The notes beneath the pieces are model-generated. The model ran no database searches, was not told the DNA's origin, and saw nothing but the letters and a program-made list of their open reading frames with translations. Made by a program: the position numbers and the translations under genes. A stretch of DNA of 60,387 bases from Sumerlaeia bacterium (GTDB taxonomy: Bacteria; Sumerlaeota; Sumerlaeia; SLMS01; JAHLLQ01), in NCBI GenBank assembly GCA_040219255.1, contig JAVJSW010000043.1, forward strand, positions 1 to 60,387, read 5' to 3'. Each line of letters begins with the position of its first letter. Within the stretch, counting starts at the first letter, position 1. Of this stretch, positions 40,658-50,160 are shown one piece after another.

Positions 40658-41701
40658 GTGCGAGGCGCCCTCTTGATTCGCAGGCTTCTTCCCCTCCTTA
40701 CCCTCCCCATCCTGCTGCTCACCCTGAGCTGTGGCGGTGGTTCCTCCGAATCCGCCACCACCAATCCGTATCAGGCCGAGATGCTGCGCCTGGGTGAGAT
40801 CAATCGCGAGCAGGGCGAGCGCATCGCGACGCTCGAAGGACAGGTCAAGTCCCTGACCGACGCCCTGGCCGACGCGGGCATTGGCGAGTTCACCTCGACC
40901 GGCGTGGTGTCGGAAGCCTTTGGCGCCAAGCTTCGCCGCTCCGTGGGCTTCATCGTCATCGGCGTCGAAGTCCGCGTCCGCGACCGCCAAGGCATCGAAA
41001 ACCACAAAGACATCCCCCTGTCGGAAGGCTCGGCCTTCGTCATCAGCGAGGAGGGGCACCTGCTGACCAACGCCCACGTGATCGAAACGCTGGAGCAGCT
41101 TCACAACCAGCATCAGGCCATGTCGCAGGCCGTGGCCACCGCCGTCCAGGCCCGGGCTCTGGTGACGCCGGGGATTCTGCTCTACCTCGACGGCGTGTCC
41201 TATCCGGTGCAGGTCATGGCGACGGACAAGAATCTGGACCTGGCGCTGCTGCGGATCCGGCCGCGCGCCAACCAGAGCGCCGACTGGCACGTGCTTCCGC
41301 TGGCGAAACCGGAGCGTTCGGCCACCCACAGCACCCGCCGCGGCGAAACGATCTACGCCGCCGGTTTTCCCGGCGAATCGCGCAAAGCCGCCAGCGAGGC
41401 CCAGCTCGTCGATGCCGCCATGCGCCAGGTGCAGCGCGACGTCAGCGATCAGTACCGGCCCGAGGACTACGTCTTCAGCCTGACCAAAGGCATCGTCTCG
41501 CGCGCCTTCACCGACGCGGCGCAGACCCGGTTCTTGCAGCACGACGCCGTCATCGCCCCCGGCAGCAGTGGCGGCCCCCTCATCAACGCCGACGGCGAAG
41601 TCGTCGGTATCAACACCCGCACCTCGCCCACCGCCGAGGGATTCTCCATCGCCGTGGACGCCTCGCATTTGATGGAGTTCCTGCGGCGCAACGGGGTGTG
41701 A
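40658..41701 (+). CDS. trypsin-like (S1C) serine protease lipoprotein
   Basis: Lipobox LTLSC; LLTNAHV, DLALL, PGSSGGPLIN..GEVVGIN. Confidence 0.88.
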   Translation: MRGALLIRRLLPLLTLPILLLTLSCGGGSSESATTNPYQAEMLRLGEINREQGERIATLEGQVKSLTDALADAGIGEFTSTGVVSEAFGAKLRRSVGFIVIGVEVRVRDRQGIENHKDIPLSEGSAFVISEEGHLLTNAHVIETLEQLHNQHQAMSQAVATAVQARALVTPGILLYLDGVSYPVQVMATDKNLDLALLRIRPRANQSADWHVLPLAKPERSATHSTRRGETIYAAGFPGESRKAASEAQLVDAAMRQVQRDVSDQYRPEDYVFSLTKGIVSRAFTDAAQTRFLQHDAVIAPGSSGGPLINADGEVVGINTRTSPTAEGFSIAVDASHLMEFLRRNGV

Positions 41702-41713
41702 TTCTCATCTTTA

Positions 41714-41887
41714 TTTAGCCACAGATGAACACAGATGGACACAGATAGGGTGATTGACGGGGGACGGGGCGGCGATTGAGTGACATGATTTCTTAATAAT
41801 TCTTTGTAATTCAGAGTCTTGTGTTTTTCTCGCCCGACCCGCTTCGCCCGAATTATCTGTGCCTATCCGCGTTCATCTGTGGCTAAA
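41714..41887. repeat. inverted-repeat-bounded REP/MITE-like element 4
   Basis: TTTAGCCACAGATGAACACAGATGGACACAGAT ... ATCTGTGCCTATCCGCGTTCATCTGTGGCTAAA. Confidence 0.8.
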
Positions 41888-41958
41888 ACCTCCTCCGAAT
41901 TGCCCGGAACGCCTTTGGCTCCTGAAGCCCTCTGCCACCCCCTGAAAGTCCGATCCCG

Positions 41959-42675
41959 ATGCGGCACAGCTTTTCCGACTCACCCCACGTTCTCCTGACC
42001 GGCGCCACCGGCGGCATTGGCCAGGCCACCGCCGAGGCGTTCTTGCGAGCCGGGGCGAGGTTGTCGCTGGTGGCGCGTTCCGGCGACGCGTTGGATGCGC
42101 TGGCGCAACGGCTGGGGCGGAACCTTTCCGTGGCGGCCGCCGATGTGACGGACCGGAGCCAGTTGGCGGTGGCGCTGACGGAACTGCGCAAGGTCAACGG
42201 CCCCGTGGACATTCTGGTGAACAACGCGGGCGTGGGCAATTACGACCACTTCCATGAGATGGAGCCGCCGCTGATCGAGCAACTGCTTCGCGTGAACCTG
42301 GAAGGGGCGATCAACCTGAGCCACCTGGTCCTGCCGGAAATGCAAGAGCGCGCCCAGGGCACGATGATCCACGTGGCGTCCAACCTGGGGCATCGTCCGC
42401 TGCCGTTCACGCCGGTTTACTCGGCGGCGAAGGCGGGGCTGATCCGCTTCTCGGAAGCCATCGCCAAGGACTACGGCAAGGCCGGCATCCGAAGCATGGT
42501 GGTCTCGCCAGCCAAGGTCGATACACGCTTCGGCGGCCGGAGCGTCCAGGGCCCGCAGGACACATCGATGTTGCAGCCCGAGGACGTGGCCGATGCGATT
42601 TTGTACTGCGCCGCGACACCACCCAACGTGGTGGTGCTCGAGATGGTCGTGGTGCCGAGGGAAGGCGCCTTCTGA
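41959..42675 (+). CDS. SDR oxidoreductase
   Basis: TGATGGIG, LVNNAG, YSAAK. Confidence 0.9.
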   Translation: MRHSFSDSPHVLLTGATGGIGQATAEAFLRAGARLSLVARSGDALDALAQRLGRNLSVAAADVTDRSQLAVALTELRKVNGPVDILVNNAGVGNYDHFHEMEPPLIEQLLRVNLEGAINLSHLVLPEMQERAQGTMIHVASNLGHRPLPFTPVYSAAKAGLIRFSEAIAKDYGKAGIRSMVVSPAKVDTRFGGRSVQGPQDTSMLQPEDVADAILYCAATPPNVVVLEMVVVPREGAF

Positions 42676-43943
42676 TGAGACGGTTGCTCCGGGCGGGGCG
42701 ATGGATGAGGCGCCACGAGGGCCTGATGTGGCTCCTGGGCTTTGGGGCGCTGCTGGTGTTTTTCGCCGGCGGGCTGGGATTCGCCAGCCGCTCGTACCTG
42801 CATGACGGGCCGCTGGGCGAGGCGATGCTGGTCTGGCATCGGCTCGCCGAGAATCTCGGCTTTCCTTTCACCGTATTCTTCTGGAAATTGCCGCTGCCGC
42901 TCTGGGGCGCGGCGAAGATTCTCGGGCCGGTGATGGCGTGGCTGACTTTCGCGGGGATGCTGAGGGTGACTCCGTTGGCGGTGCGGCGGATCAGGCTGCG
43001 GCTGGCCCGGCGCCGGGCGGACGCCGCCGGCCAGCAATGCACCGCCGCTCCCGAGCCGATGCTGTCGCGGCGCGCGTTCTTGACCTCTGCTGTGACGCTG
43101 AACGCCGGAGCGGCGCTGGCGGTCGCCTATCCCACCTTCGTCGAGCCGGGGCAGCTTCGCGTGCGGCGCTACGAGGTGGACATCGCGGGCCTTCCCGCGG
43201 AATTCGACGGCCTGCGCGTCGGCCACATTTCCGACACGCACCTGGGCCCCTACATCCGGGCGCCGCACATCGAAGCGGCGGTGCGGATGCTGGCGGCGGA
43301 GAAGCCGGACCTGACGCTCCTGACCGGCGATTACATTCATCGCACCCCGGAAACGGCCGAGGATTCGATCGCCCTGTTGGCGCCGCTGGCCAAGGCCGGA
43401 TTTGGCGCGGCGGCGGTGCTGGGCAACCACGATTACGAATTCCAGAGCACCGACAAGGCCATCACCCGGGCTTTCGAGCGTCACGGCGCGACTGTTCTGA
43501 CAAACCGCCATATCTACCTGACTCCACAGGGTTTGCGCGCCAAACCGGCGCCGGGCCAGCCGGTGCTGTGCGTGGCGGGCGTGGACGATTTGTGGCGCGG
43601 GAATCCGGATATCGACGCCGCCCTGCGGGGCGTCCCGGCGGAGGTCCCGCGGCTGTTGCTCTCGCACAACCCCGACGTGGCCGAACTCTTCGTTCTGAAC
43701 GGCCGAGTGCCGCCCCGGGTGGACCTGATGCTGAGCGGCCACACGCACGGTGGCCAGGTAATCATTCCGGGCCTGGGCGCGCCGGGCACGGCGAGCCGCT
43801 ATGGCCAGAAATACGTCTCCGGTCTGGTGCAGGGCCCGCGCTGGCCCGTGATCATCACCCACGGCGTGGGAATGGCGGTGATGCCGCTGCGGTTTTGCTG
43901 TCCGCCTGAGGTGGGCCTGGTCGTTCTCCGGCGAAAGCCTTGA
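42675..43943 (+). CDS. membrane-associated metallophosphoesterase (YkuE-like)
   Basis: ISDTH, LTGDY, LGNHD, SHNPD, SGHTHGGQ. Confidence 0.9.
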   Translation: MRRLLRAGRWMRRHEGLMWLLGFGALLVFFAGGLGFASRSYLHDGPLGEAMLVWHRLAENLGFPFTVFFWKLPLPLWGAAKILGPVMAWLTFAGMLRVTPLAVRRIRLRLARRRADAAGQQCTAAPEPMLSRRAFLTSAVTLNAGAALAVAYPTFVEPGQLRVRRYEVDIAGLPAEFDGLRVGHISDTHLGPYIRAPHIEAAVRMLAAEKPDLTLLTGDYIHRTPETAEDSIALLAPLAKAGFGAAAVLGNHDYEFQSTDKAITRAFERHGATVLTNRHIYLTPQGLRAKPAPGQPVLCVAGVDDLWRGNPDIDAALRGVPAEVPRLLLSHNPDVAELFVLNGRVPPRVDLMLSGHTHGGQVIIPGLGAPGTASRYGQKYVSGLVQGPRWPVIITHGVGMAVMPLRFCCPPEVGLVVLRRKP

Positions 43944-43991
43944 CAAGACGCGGCGTAAAACTTGCACACTCGAACCCGGCGACGGAGGAGG

Positions 43992-45185
43992 ATGCATCCC
44001 GTGATTGTGGAAAGCCCGGTGACGACCGGCATGGAAAGCTGTGGACCGGCCCCGGGATCGCGCGTCCTGGTGGCGATGAGCGGCGGCGTGGATTCGTCGC
44101 TGACGGCGCAACTGCTGGTGCAGCAGGGGTTCGACATCATCGGCGTGAACATGCGCACCCATCGGCTCAGCAAAGAAGAGCTGGCCATGGGGGCCAAGAT
44201 CAAGACCTGCTGCTCGCCCACCGACGCCAAAGACGCCCGGGCCTGTGCCATGCGCTCGGAGTTTCCCTTCTACGTCATCGACGTGGAACAGGATTTCGAG
44301 CGCGATGTCATCGACCCCTTCATCCGCGCCTATATGAGCGGCCGCACGCCGAACCCCTGCGTGCTCTGCAACAACCACGTGAAGCTGGGGCTGCTGCTGG
44401 AGAAGGCGGCGTTGTGGAATTGCGATTCCGTGGCCACGGGCCATTACGCGCGCAAGGTGATCCACCCGGAGACGGGGCGGTTCACGCTGAAGCGCGCGAA
44501 GGACCTGGGCAAGGACCAGTGCTATTACCTCTACGGGCTGACGCAGGCGCAGCTCGAGAAGATCGTTTTTCCCCTCGGCGACCTGACGAAGGCGGAAGTG
44601 CGTGAGCAGGCCCGGGGAGCCGCGCTGCCCACCGCCGACAAGCCCGAAAGCCAAGAGATTTGCTTTATCCCGGACAACGATTACCGCAAGTTCCTGCGCA
44701 AGCGCTTTGAAAAGTCCGGCACCGAAATGCCGCGCGGCAAGTTCCTGACCGTGGACGGCGAGGAAATGGGCGAACACGAAGGCATCGCCTTCTACACCGT
44801 GGGCCAGCGCAAAGGCCTTGGCCTCTCGGGAGGCACAGGCGAACCCCTCTACGTGGTCAGCATCGATCCCGTCGGGCATAACATCATTCTGGGGCCGAGG
44901 CGCCATGTGCTGTTCGATGGCCTGAGCGCCGACGGTTTGAATTGGATGGGGTTGGAGAGCCTTGACGGCCCGATCCGCGCCCGCGTGCAGATCCGCCACC
45001 GCCACGCGCCCGCCTGGGCCATGATCGAGCCAGCCGGGGCGGACCGGGTGGATGTGTGGTTCGACGAAGCGCAGCAGGCCGTTTCCCCCGGCCAAGCCAC
45101 GGTGTTCTACGACGCCGGGGACCGGGTGCTGGGCGGCGGCTGGATCATCGAGGGCACGCACCGCCCCGGCGCGGCCGAGGCCTGA
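43992..45185 (+). CDS. mnmA: tRNA 2-thiouridylase
   Basis: AMSGGVDSS, TPNPCVLCN, ATGHYA, ESQEICF, YTVGQRKGLG, PGQ; GGAGGAGG RBS. Confidence 0.95.
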   Translation: MHPVIVESPVTTGMESCGPAPGSRVLVAMSGGVDSSLTAQLLVQQGFDIIGVNMRTHRLSKEELAMGAKIKTCCSPTDAKDARACAMRSEFPFYVIDVEQDFERDVIDPFIRAYMSGRTPNPCVLCNNHVKLGLLLEKAALWNCDSVATGHYARKVIHPETGRFTLKRAKDLGKDQCYYLYGLTQAQLEKIVFPLGDLTKAEVREQARGAALPTADKPESQEICFIPDNDYRKFLRKRFEKSGTEMPRGKFLTVDGEEMGEHEGIAFYTVGQRKGLGLSGGTGEPLYVVSIDPVGHNIILGPRRHVLFDGLSADGLNWMGLESLDGPIRARVQIRHRHAPAWAMIEPAGADRVDVWFDEAQQAVSPGQATVFYDAGDRVLGGGWIIEGTHRPGAAEA

Positions 45186-45193
45186 CCCCCGCC

Positions 45194-45415
45194 ATGTCCA
45201 CGCCCTCCCTGGCCTTCGCGATTTTGACCGGGATTTTCCTGAGCATTTCGTTGCTGGCGCTGTTCCTCGCCAACCACCAAGAGGCCGCCGTGCAGGGTCA
45301 GCCCCCGCCGTGGGTGGGATTGGCGTTGTTGGGGTTACTGCTCGGAATGGCATGTTTCGCCGCCTTCTGGATCAGCTACCTGGCCACCGGCGGGGGCTCT
45401 CCCCTGCCGGCCTAA
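45194..45415 (+). CDS. small 2-TM membrane protein
   Basis: 73-aa ORF with two hydrophobic helices directly after mnmA. Confidence 0.55.
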   Translation: MSTPSLAFAILTGIFLSISLLALFLANHQEAAVQGQPPPWVGLALLGLLLGMACFAAFWISYLATGGGSPLPA

Positions 45416-45517
45416 GGCGCTGTCCGGTGTGATGGTGGCGAATGTAGAGCAGATGGGCCGGGCTGGCGCGTGACAAACTGCGGTTAAACCCGTGGGTTTT
45501 AACGGTGTGGGGGCGGC

Positions 45518-46837
45518 TTAGCCGCACATGGCTGCGAGGGCGTCGGCGTGGCCGTCTTTCCCAATGCCTTGCAGGTTGTACTTTTCCTGAAGAATGGCCA
45601 GCACGTTGGGAGAAACGAAGGCCGGGAGGGCTGGGCCGAGGCGGATGCCCTTCATGCCTAAGTGCAGGAGGGTCAGCAGGACGGCGACGGCTTTTTGCTC
45701 GAACCAGGAAACCAGCAGGGTCAGCGGCAGATCGTTGATCCCGCAATCGAAGGCTTTGGCCAGGCCGAGGGCGACCTGGATGGCGCCGTAGCTGTCGTTG
45801 CATTGGCCGAGGTCCAGAAGGCGGGGGATCTCGATGCCGTTGAGGCGGATGGTCCCGAAGTCCTGATCGCGAATGCGATACTTGCCACAGCCCATGGTCA
45901 TGATGAGGGAGTCCTGGGGCGCGGCGCTGGCGAAATCGCGGAAGTAATTCCGCCCCGGTTCGGCCCCGTCGCAGCCGCCGATCAGGTAGAAATGCTTGAT
46001 CTGGCCTTCCCTGACCGCCTGTACGATGTGATCGGCGAGACCGAGAATGACGGAATGGTGGAACCCGATGGTGGAGGTCTTGCGCGGTGTCGCGGGCAGC
46101 GAACCGATCTGGCGGGCTTTCTCGATGACGGCGGAAAAATCGCTGGTTTTCAGGCGCACCGCCCCCGGCACCGCCGTCTCCCGGACGGTGAAGAGGCGAT
46201 CCAGATAGGTGTTGGACGGCCAGGGGATGAGCACGCAGTTGGTGGTGGCGAGCACCGGTCCGCCGAAGGCCTCGAATTCGTCGCGCTGCTTTTGCCAGGC
46301 GCCTCCGTAATGACCGCGCAGGTGCGGATGGGCGCGCAGATTCTCGTACATGTGGCCCGGCAACATCTCGCCGTGCGTGTAGACGTCGATGCCCATGCCC
46401 GCGGTTTGCTCGAGCAGGTCTTTGAGATCGACCATGTCGTGGCCGGTGACAAGGATGCGCGGGCCTTCGTGGAGGCCCTCGGTCACCTCCACCGGGCGCG
46501 GCGCTCCCATCACTTCCACGTGCCCGTCGTTGAGAAGTTGCATGGTGCGCAGATTCATCTCGCCGCACTTGAGGACCAGTTCAAGCAACGATGGGATGTC
46601 GAAGTTGACGTTGGTGACGGTGGCGAAGAGCGCCTCCTCGATGAAGGCCTCCACATCCGGGTCCGTCTTTCCCAGGCGCCGCGCATGGGCCTTGTAGGAC
46701 GCCATGCCTTTGAGCCCATAGAGCAGGATTTTCTGCAGGCTTTCCATGTCGGGGTCTTTTCCGCAAACACCGATGGTGGTGCAGGCGGTTCCGCGAAAGG
46801 TCTGTTCACATTGGTCGCAGTGCATCGCTTGTCGCAT
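45518..46837 (-). CDS. hcp: hybrid-cluster protein (hydroxylamine/NO reductase), short class III-like
   Basis: CDQCEQ..C...GVCGK, TGHD, YTHGEMLP, TTNC, GGCDG, GCGKY, GQCND, SWFEQKA. Confidence 0.95.
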   Translation of the reverse strand: MRQAMHCDQCEQTFRGTACTTIGVCGKDPDMESLQKILLYGLKGMASYKAHARRLGKTDPDVEAFIEEALFATVTNVNFDIPSLLELVLKCGEMNLRTMQLLNDGHVEVMGAPRPVEVTEGLHEGPRILVTGHDMVDLKDLLEQTAGMGIDVYTHGEMLPGHMYENLRAHPHLRGHYGGAWQKQRDEFEAFGGPVLATTNCVLIPWPSNTYLDRLFTVRETAVPGAVRLKTSDFSAVIEKARQIGSLPATPRKTSTIGFHHSVILGLADHIVQAVREGQIKHFYLIGGCDGAEPGRNYFRDFASAAPQDSLIMTMGCGKYRIRDQDFGTIRLNGIEIPRLLDLGQCNDSYGAIQVALGLAKAFDCGINDLPLTLLVSWFEQKAVAVLLTLLHLGMKGIRLGPALPAFVSPNVLAILQEKYNLQGIGKDGHADALAAMCG

Positions 46838-46962
46838 GAAGTGGGGTGCTCCTGAAAGGGTCGAGTCTTGCCGCCGGGAGGGGTGCGCGCGTTGGGAAGG
46901 ATTGGAGACAAGAGATTATTAGATGTCAATGTCCATTTATCCAGTTAAAACGAGCCCCGAAC

Positions 46963-46987
46963 GTGGCGCAGGCCTTCATGCCTGTGT
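46963..46987 (+). repeat. single GTGG-type REP-like palindrome
   Basis: GTGG followed by a CGCAGGC/GCCTGTG hairpin at the end of the flippase gene. Confidence 0.4.
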
Positions 46988-48484
46988 TTAGGCCGACTGG
47001 CTGTCGCTATCCGCAGGGCCGGGCTCGGTGGGCTCGGGGTGATCGGCGGGGGCGGGTTTGGGTTTGCGCTGGATGAGGGCCTGGAGTTCCCGCACCGTTT
47101 CCTTGTCGAAGAGCCACACCAGCCCCGCGAAGACCGCCACGCCCGCGGCGCCGGAAACCAGGAAGCGGGGCAGGACGAGCCATCGCTCGGCGGCGGCGTT
47201 GACGCCGATCATGGCGAGATAGCTGGCGGCGGCGCTGAGGAAGAGGACGGCGATGTCCCGGCAGGCCTCGCCCACGCCGGTGCCGAGGTGCCGCAGCACC
47301 CAGCGCCACTCCATCAGGGCGATCACGGCGTAGGCGCCGGTGGTGGCCCAACAAAGGGGTTCGAGGCCGTAGGCCCCGGCGAGAACGATGGCGGGGGTGA
47401 ACAGCAGCAAATACAACAGGTTATAGCGCAGCCAGACGGTGGGCTGGCCGGTGGCGAGCATGAGCGTGATGGCGGGGAGCATGACGCCGGTAAAGGCGAC
47501 GCTGGGGGCGAGGGCGACGAGGAGCGGGGGGACCTCGGCCCACTGCGGGCCGAGCATGACGCGGATCAGATCGGGCGCGGTGGCCATCAGCCCCGCGGTG
47601 CCCAGGAACGCGAGGAGGCAGACGGCGCGTTCACCGCGTAGGAAGACTTCGCGCAGGCGGGCGGGGTCCTTCTGGTTGTTGGAAAAGATCGGGTAGAGGA
47701 GCCGGTCGAAGGACGTCAGCGTGTTGTGGAGAAACAGATCGCGGACCTGGGTCCCCCGGCCGATCAGTCCAAGAGCCGTGGCGCCACCGAAAAACGCCAC
47801 CACAGCGTTGAGGATGTTGGCTTTGACTTTGTCGGTATAGGACGCGGCGGTGATTTTCCAGCCCATGACGAGGTAGCGCCTTACCATGGCCCCGCGTACG
47901 CGGGTGGGGGCGCGGAGGGGCTGGGCGCGCCAGAGGAAGGCGTTGGCGGCGAGCTGGGCCGCGAGGGCCTGGAAGGCGAGGGCGAAGACGCCAAAGCCGC
48001 TGAAGGCGAGGACGAGTCCGGTGGCGGCCTGGGCACCGGCCATGATGAGCATCTGGCGGGCTTCGAGGGCGAACGCCATGCGGCGCGAGAGGCAGGCGAG
48101 CTGGAATTGATAGACCGCCACCAGCATGGTGTTGGCGGCGTAAATCACGCCAACCCAAAGGAGGGCCGGTTGGTTGTAGTGGTTTGCGAGCCAGGCGCCA
48201 GAGGCGAGCGTGAGCAGCGCCGTGCCCCCCCGCAAGATGAGACTGAGGACGAAGCCGGTATCGAGGAGCTGGCGTTCGTCGGCGTCGCGGAACTGAACGA
48301 TGCAGCGGCCCACGCCGAAATCGCCGAGGCTGCCGAAGAAGCCCGGCAGGGTCAGCACCAGGGCGACGAAGCCGTAGTCCTCGGGCGTGAGGAGGCGCGC
48401 CATGGCGAGGGTGGCCATGATGCGGACGGCCTGCGAGACGTAGTGGCTGCCGAGGAGCTGGAGCTTGTCGGAGATGCGGAACAC
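46988..48484 (-). CDS. Wzx/PST-family oligosaccharide flippase (start uncertain)
   Basis: LAMARLLTPEDYG, DFG, LGPQW motifs; about 12-14 TM segments. Confidence 0.85.
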   Translation of the reverse strand: MFRISDKLQLLGSHYVSQAVRIMATLAMARLLTPEDYGFVALVLTLPGFFGSLGDFGVGRCIVQFRDADERQLLDTGFVLSLILRGGTALLTLASGAWLANHYNQPALLWVGVIYAANTMLVAVYQFQLACLSRRMAFALEARQMLIMAGAQAATGLVLAFSGFGVFALAFQALAAQLAANAFLWRAQPLRAPTRVRGAMVRRYLVMGWKITAASYTDKVKANILNAVVAFFGGATALGLIGRGTQVRDLFLHNTLTSFDRLLYPIFSNNQKDPARLREVFLRGERAVCLLAFLGTAGLMATAPDLIRVMLGPQWAEVPPLLVALAPSVAFTGVMLPAITLMLATGQPTVWLRYNLLYLLLFTPAIVLAGAYGLEPLCWATTGAYAVIALMEWRWVLRHLGTGVGEACRDIAVLFLSAAASYLAMIGVNAAAERWLVLPRFLVSGAAGVAVFAGLVWLFDKETVRELQALIQRKPKPAPADHPEPTEPGPADSDSQSA

Positions 48485-48808
48485 GGGGGGCGCGGGGCGG
48501 GTCCTCGGCGGGGAATGGGGGCGGATAGCGCGGGGGGGCGGTGACCGGCAAGGGTCAATAAAGGGCTCGATGACAAAATTTGGAACGCAATGACTGAAAA
48601 TAGTTGCCAACTACTACTTTCGTGTATCTCAGCGGTTGTAGCACAACCTGAGTTGTACCCGTTCCAGTTTGCGGAGGCGGCATGAAAAAGAGCTAACCAA
48701 TTGAGAAGCGTTGGTTTAGAAGACAGGCAAGGCGAAATCGGGGGCGTGGCATATTTCCTTCTTATTAGTACTCGTCAACAATCCTACGCTAAAAGGCGAA
48801 ACTTCCCA

Positions 48809-50050
48809 ATGCAGTCCCCCACCTCTGCTCTTTTCCGCCGCGCACTTGGCTTCTCCGCCATGGTCTCGACCTTCGTCATTGCCGCGAGCAGCTCGTTCGC
48901 GATCAGCCTTTCCCAGCTTCAGAACAACATCCAGTACGTCGTGAACTCGTCGAACTCGAACGTCCAGTGGTCGATCAAGATCGAGGACAACAGCGGCGGC
49001 GGGGATTTCTACGCGCTGAACGCCACCACGATGCGCCGGCCGGCGTCGAACACCAAAATCTTCACCACCGCCGCCGCGTTCCGTAAATACGGAGCCAGCC
49101 ATGTCTGGAACGGCTACGCGCTGGGCTCAAGCTCCACCGCTTCCCCGGTGCACAAAATCCTGTCCAACAGCGACAACGGCTTCGCCGACTCGCTTTGGTC
49201 GCACGTGGGCGGCGAATCGGCCGTCATCAGCCAACTGGCGGGGATCACCAGCACCTCCGGCATGCAGGCCAACGACGGCTCGGGCCTCGATTACGGCAAC
49301 CGCTTCAACTGCGAGCAGACCATCGACGTCACGCGCTACATGGCGAACACCTACACCTACGGCCAATGGGCGAGCCACCTGGCCATCTCCTGCACCGCGG
49401 GCACGCTGGGCAGCCGCCTGTGCGGCACCGGCAAGACGGGCCGCGTCCACGCCAAGACCGGCACCCTGACCAACGGCCAGACACTGTCGCTCTCCGGCTA
49501 CGTCGATAACCTTTACGACAGCAAGCGCTACTACTTCTCGATCTACTGCAACAGCGTTCCGTCCTCCGCCCAGTCCGACACCCGCAACCGCATCGACACC
49601 ATCGTCGGTTACATGTGCCAGAGCGGCCTTCCGAGCGTCGGCGCGGAAGTGATCGTGGACAACAACACCTCGGCCTTCATCGCGTCGAGCAACTGGTGGT
49701 CTTCCACCTCGACCTCTGGTTACTACGGCCCGAACTACCAGGTCCGCAGCACCGGCTCGATTTCCGACGCGGCTTACTGGCGCGGCACGATCCCGAGCGA
49801 CGGCAGCTACGAAGTCTTCGTGCGCTACACCGCTGGCAGCAACCGCGCCACCTCCGCCCCCTACATCGTTTACCACACCGGTGGCAGCACGACGGTGAAC
49901 GTCAACCAGACGACCGGTGGCGGAACTTGGAAGAGCCTGGGCACCTACAGCCTGTATCAGGGCTCCACCGCCAACCGCGTGGCCCTCTCCTGCTGGACAG
50001 GTTCGGGCACCTACGTGATCGCCGATGCGGTGCGTTTCGTGAAACAGTAA
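48809..50050 (+). CDS. compact secreted S13 D-Ala-D-Ala carboxy/endopeptidase with golvesin-like C-terminal domain, copy 1
   Basis: PASNTK (SxxK), SDN, DGSGL, AKTGTL; VIVDNN...NRAT.APY...VIADAVRF. Confidence 0.88.
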   Translation: MQSPTSALFRRALGFSAMVSTFVIAASSSFAISLSQLQNNIQYVVNSSNSNVQWSIKIEDNSGGGDFYALNATTMRRPASNTKIFTTAAAFRKYGASHVWNGYALGSSSTASPVHKILSNSDNGFADSLWSHVGGESAVISQLAGITSTSGMQANDGSGLDYGNRFNCEQTIDVTRYMANTYTYGQWASHLAISCTAGTLGSRLCGTGKTGRVHAKTGTLTNGQTLSLSGYVDNLYDSKRYYFSIYCNSVPSSAQSDTRNRIDTIVGYMCQSGLPSVGAEVIVDNNTSAFIASSNWWSSTSTSGYYGPNYQVRSTGSISDAAYWRGTIPSDGSYEVFVRYTAGSNRATSAPYIVYHTGGSTTVNVNQTTGGGTWKSLGTYSLYQGSTANRVALSCWTGSGTYVIADAVRFVKQ

Positions 50051-50160
50051 AGCTTCGACCGCATACCCCCTCATAATCCTCGGACATTATTTGGCGGGGT
50101 TCTTTTCGGACCCCGCCTAGAAAGCTGTCAAAAAACCACCCCACTACAAAAGGTTTCATC

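Noticed and set aside
40404-41887. Periodic CACAGATGAA repeats considered as a CRISPR array
   Set aside because: Units are ~10 bp, lie within inverted arms, have no 30-40 bp spacers and no cas genes are present
45480-45510. Hairpin GCGGTTAAACCC-GT-GGGTTTTAACGGT between convergent genes
   Set aside because: Could be a degenerate REP or terminator, but it is single-copy and imperfect, so not called
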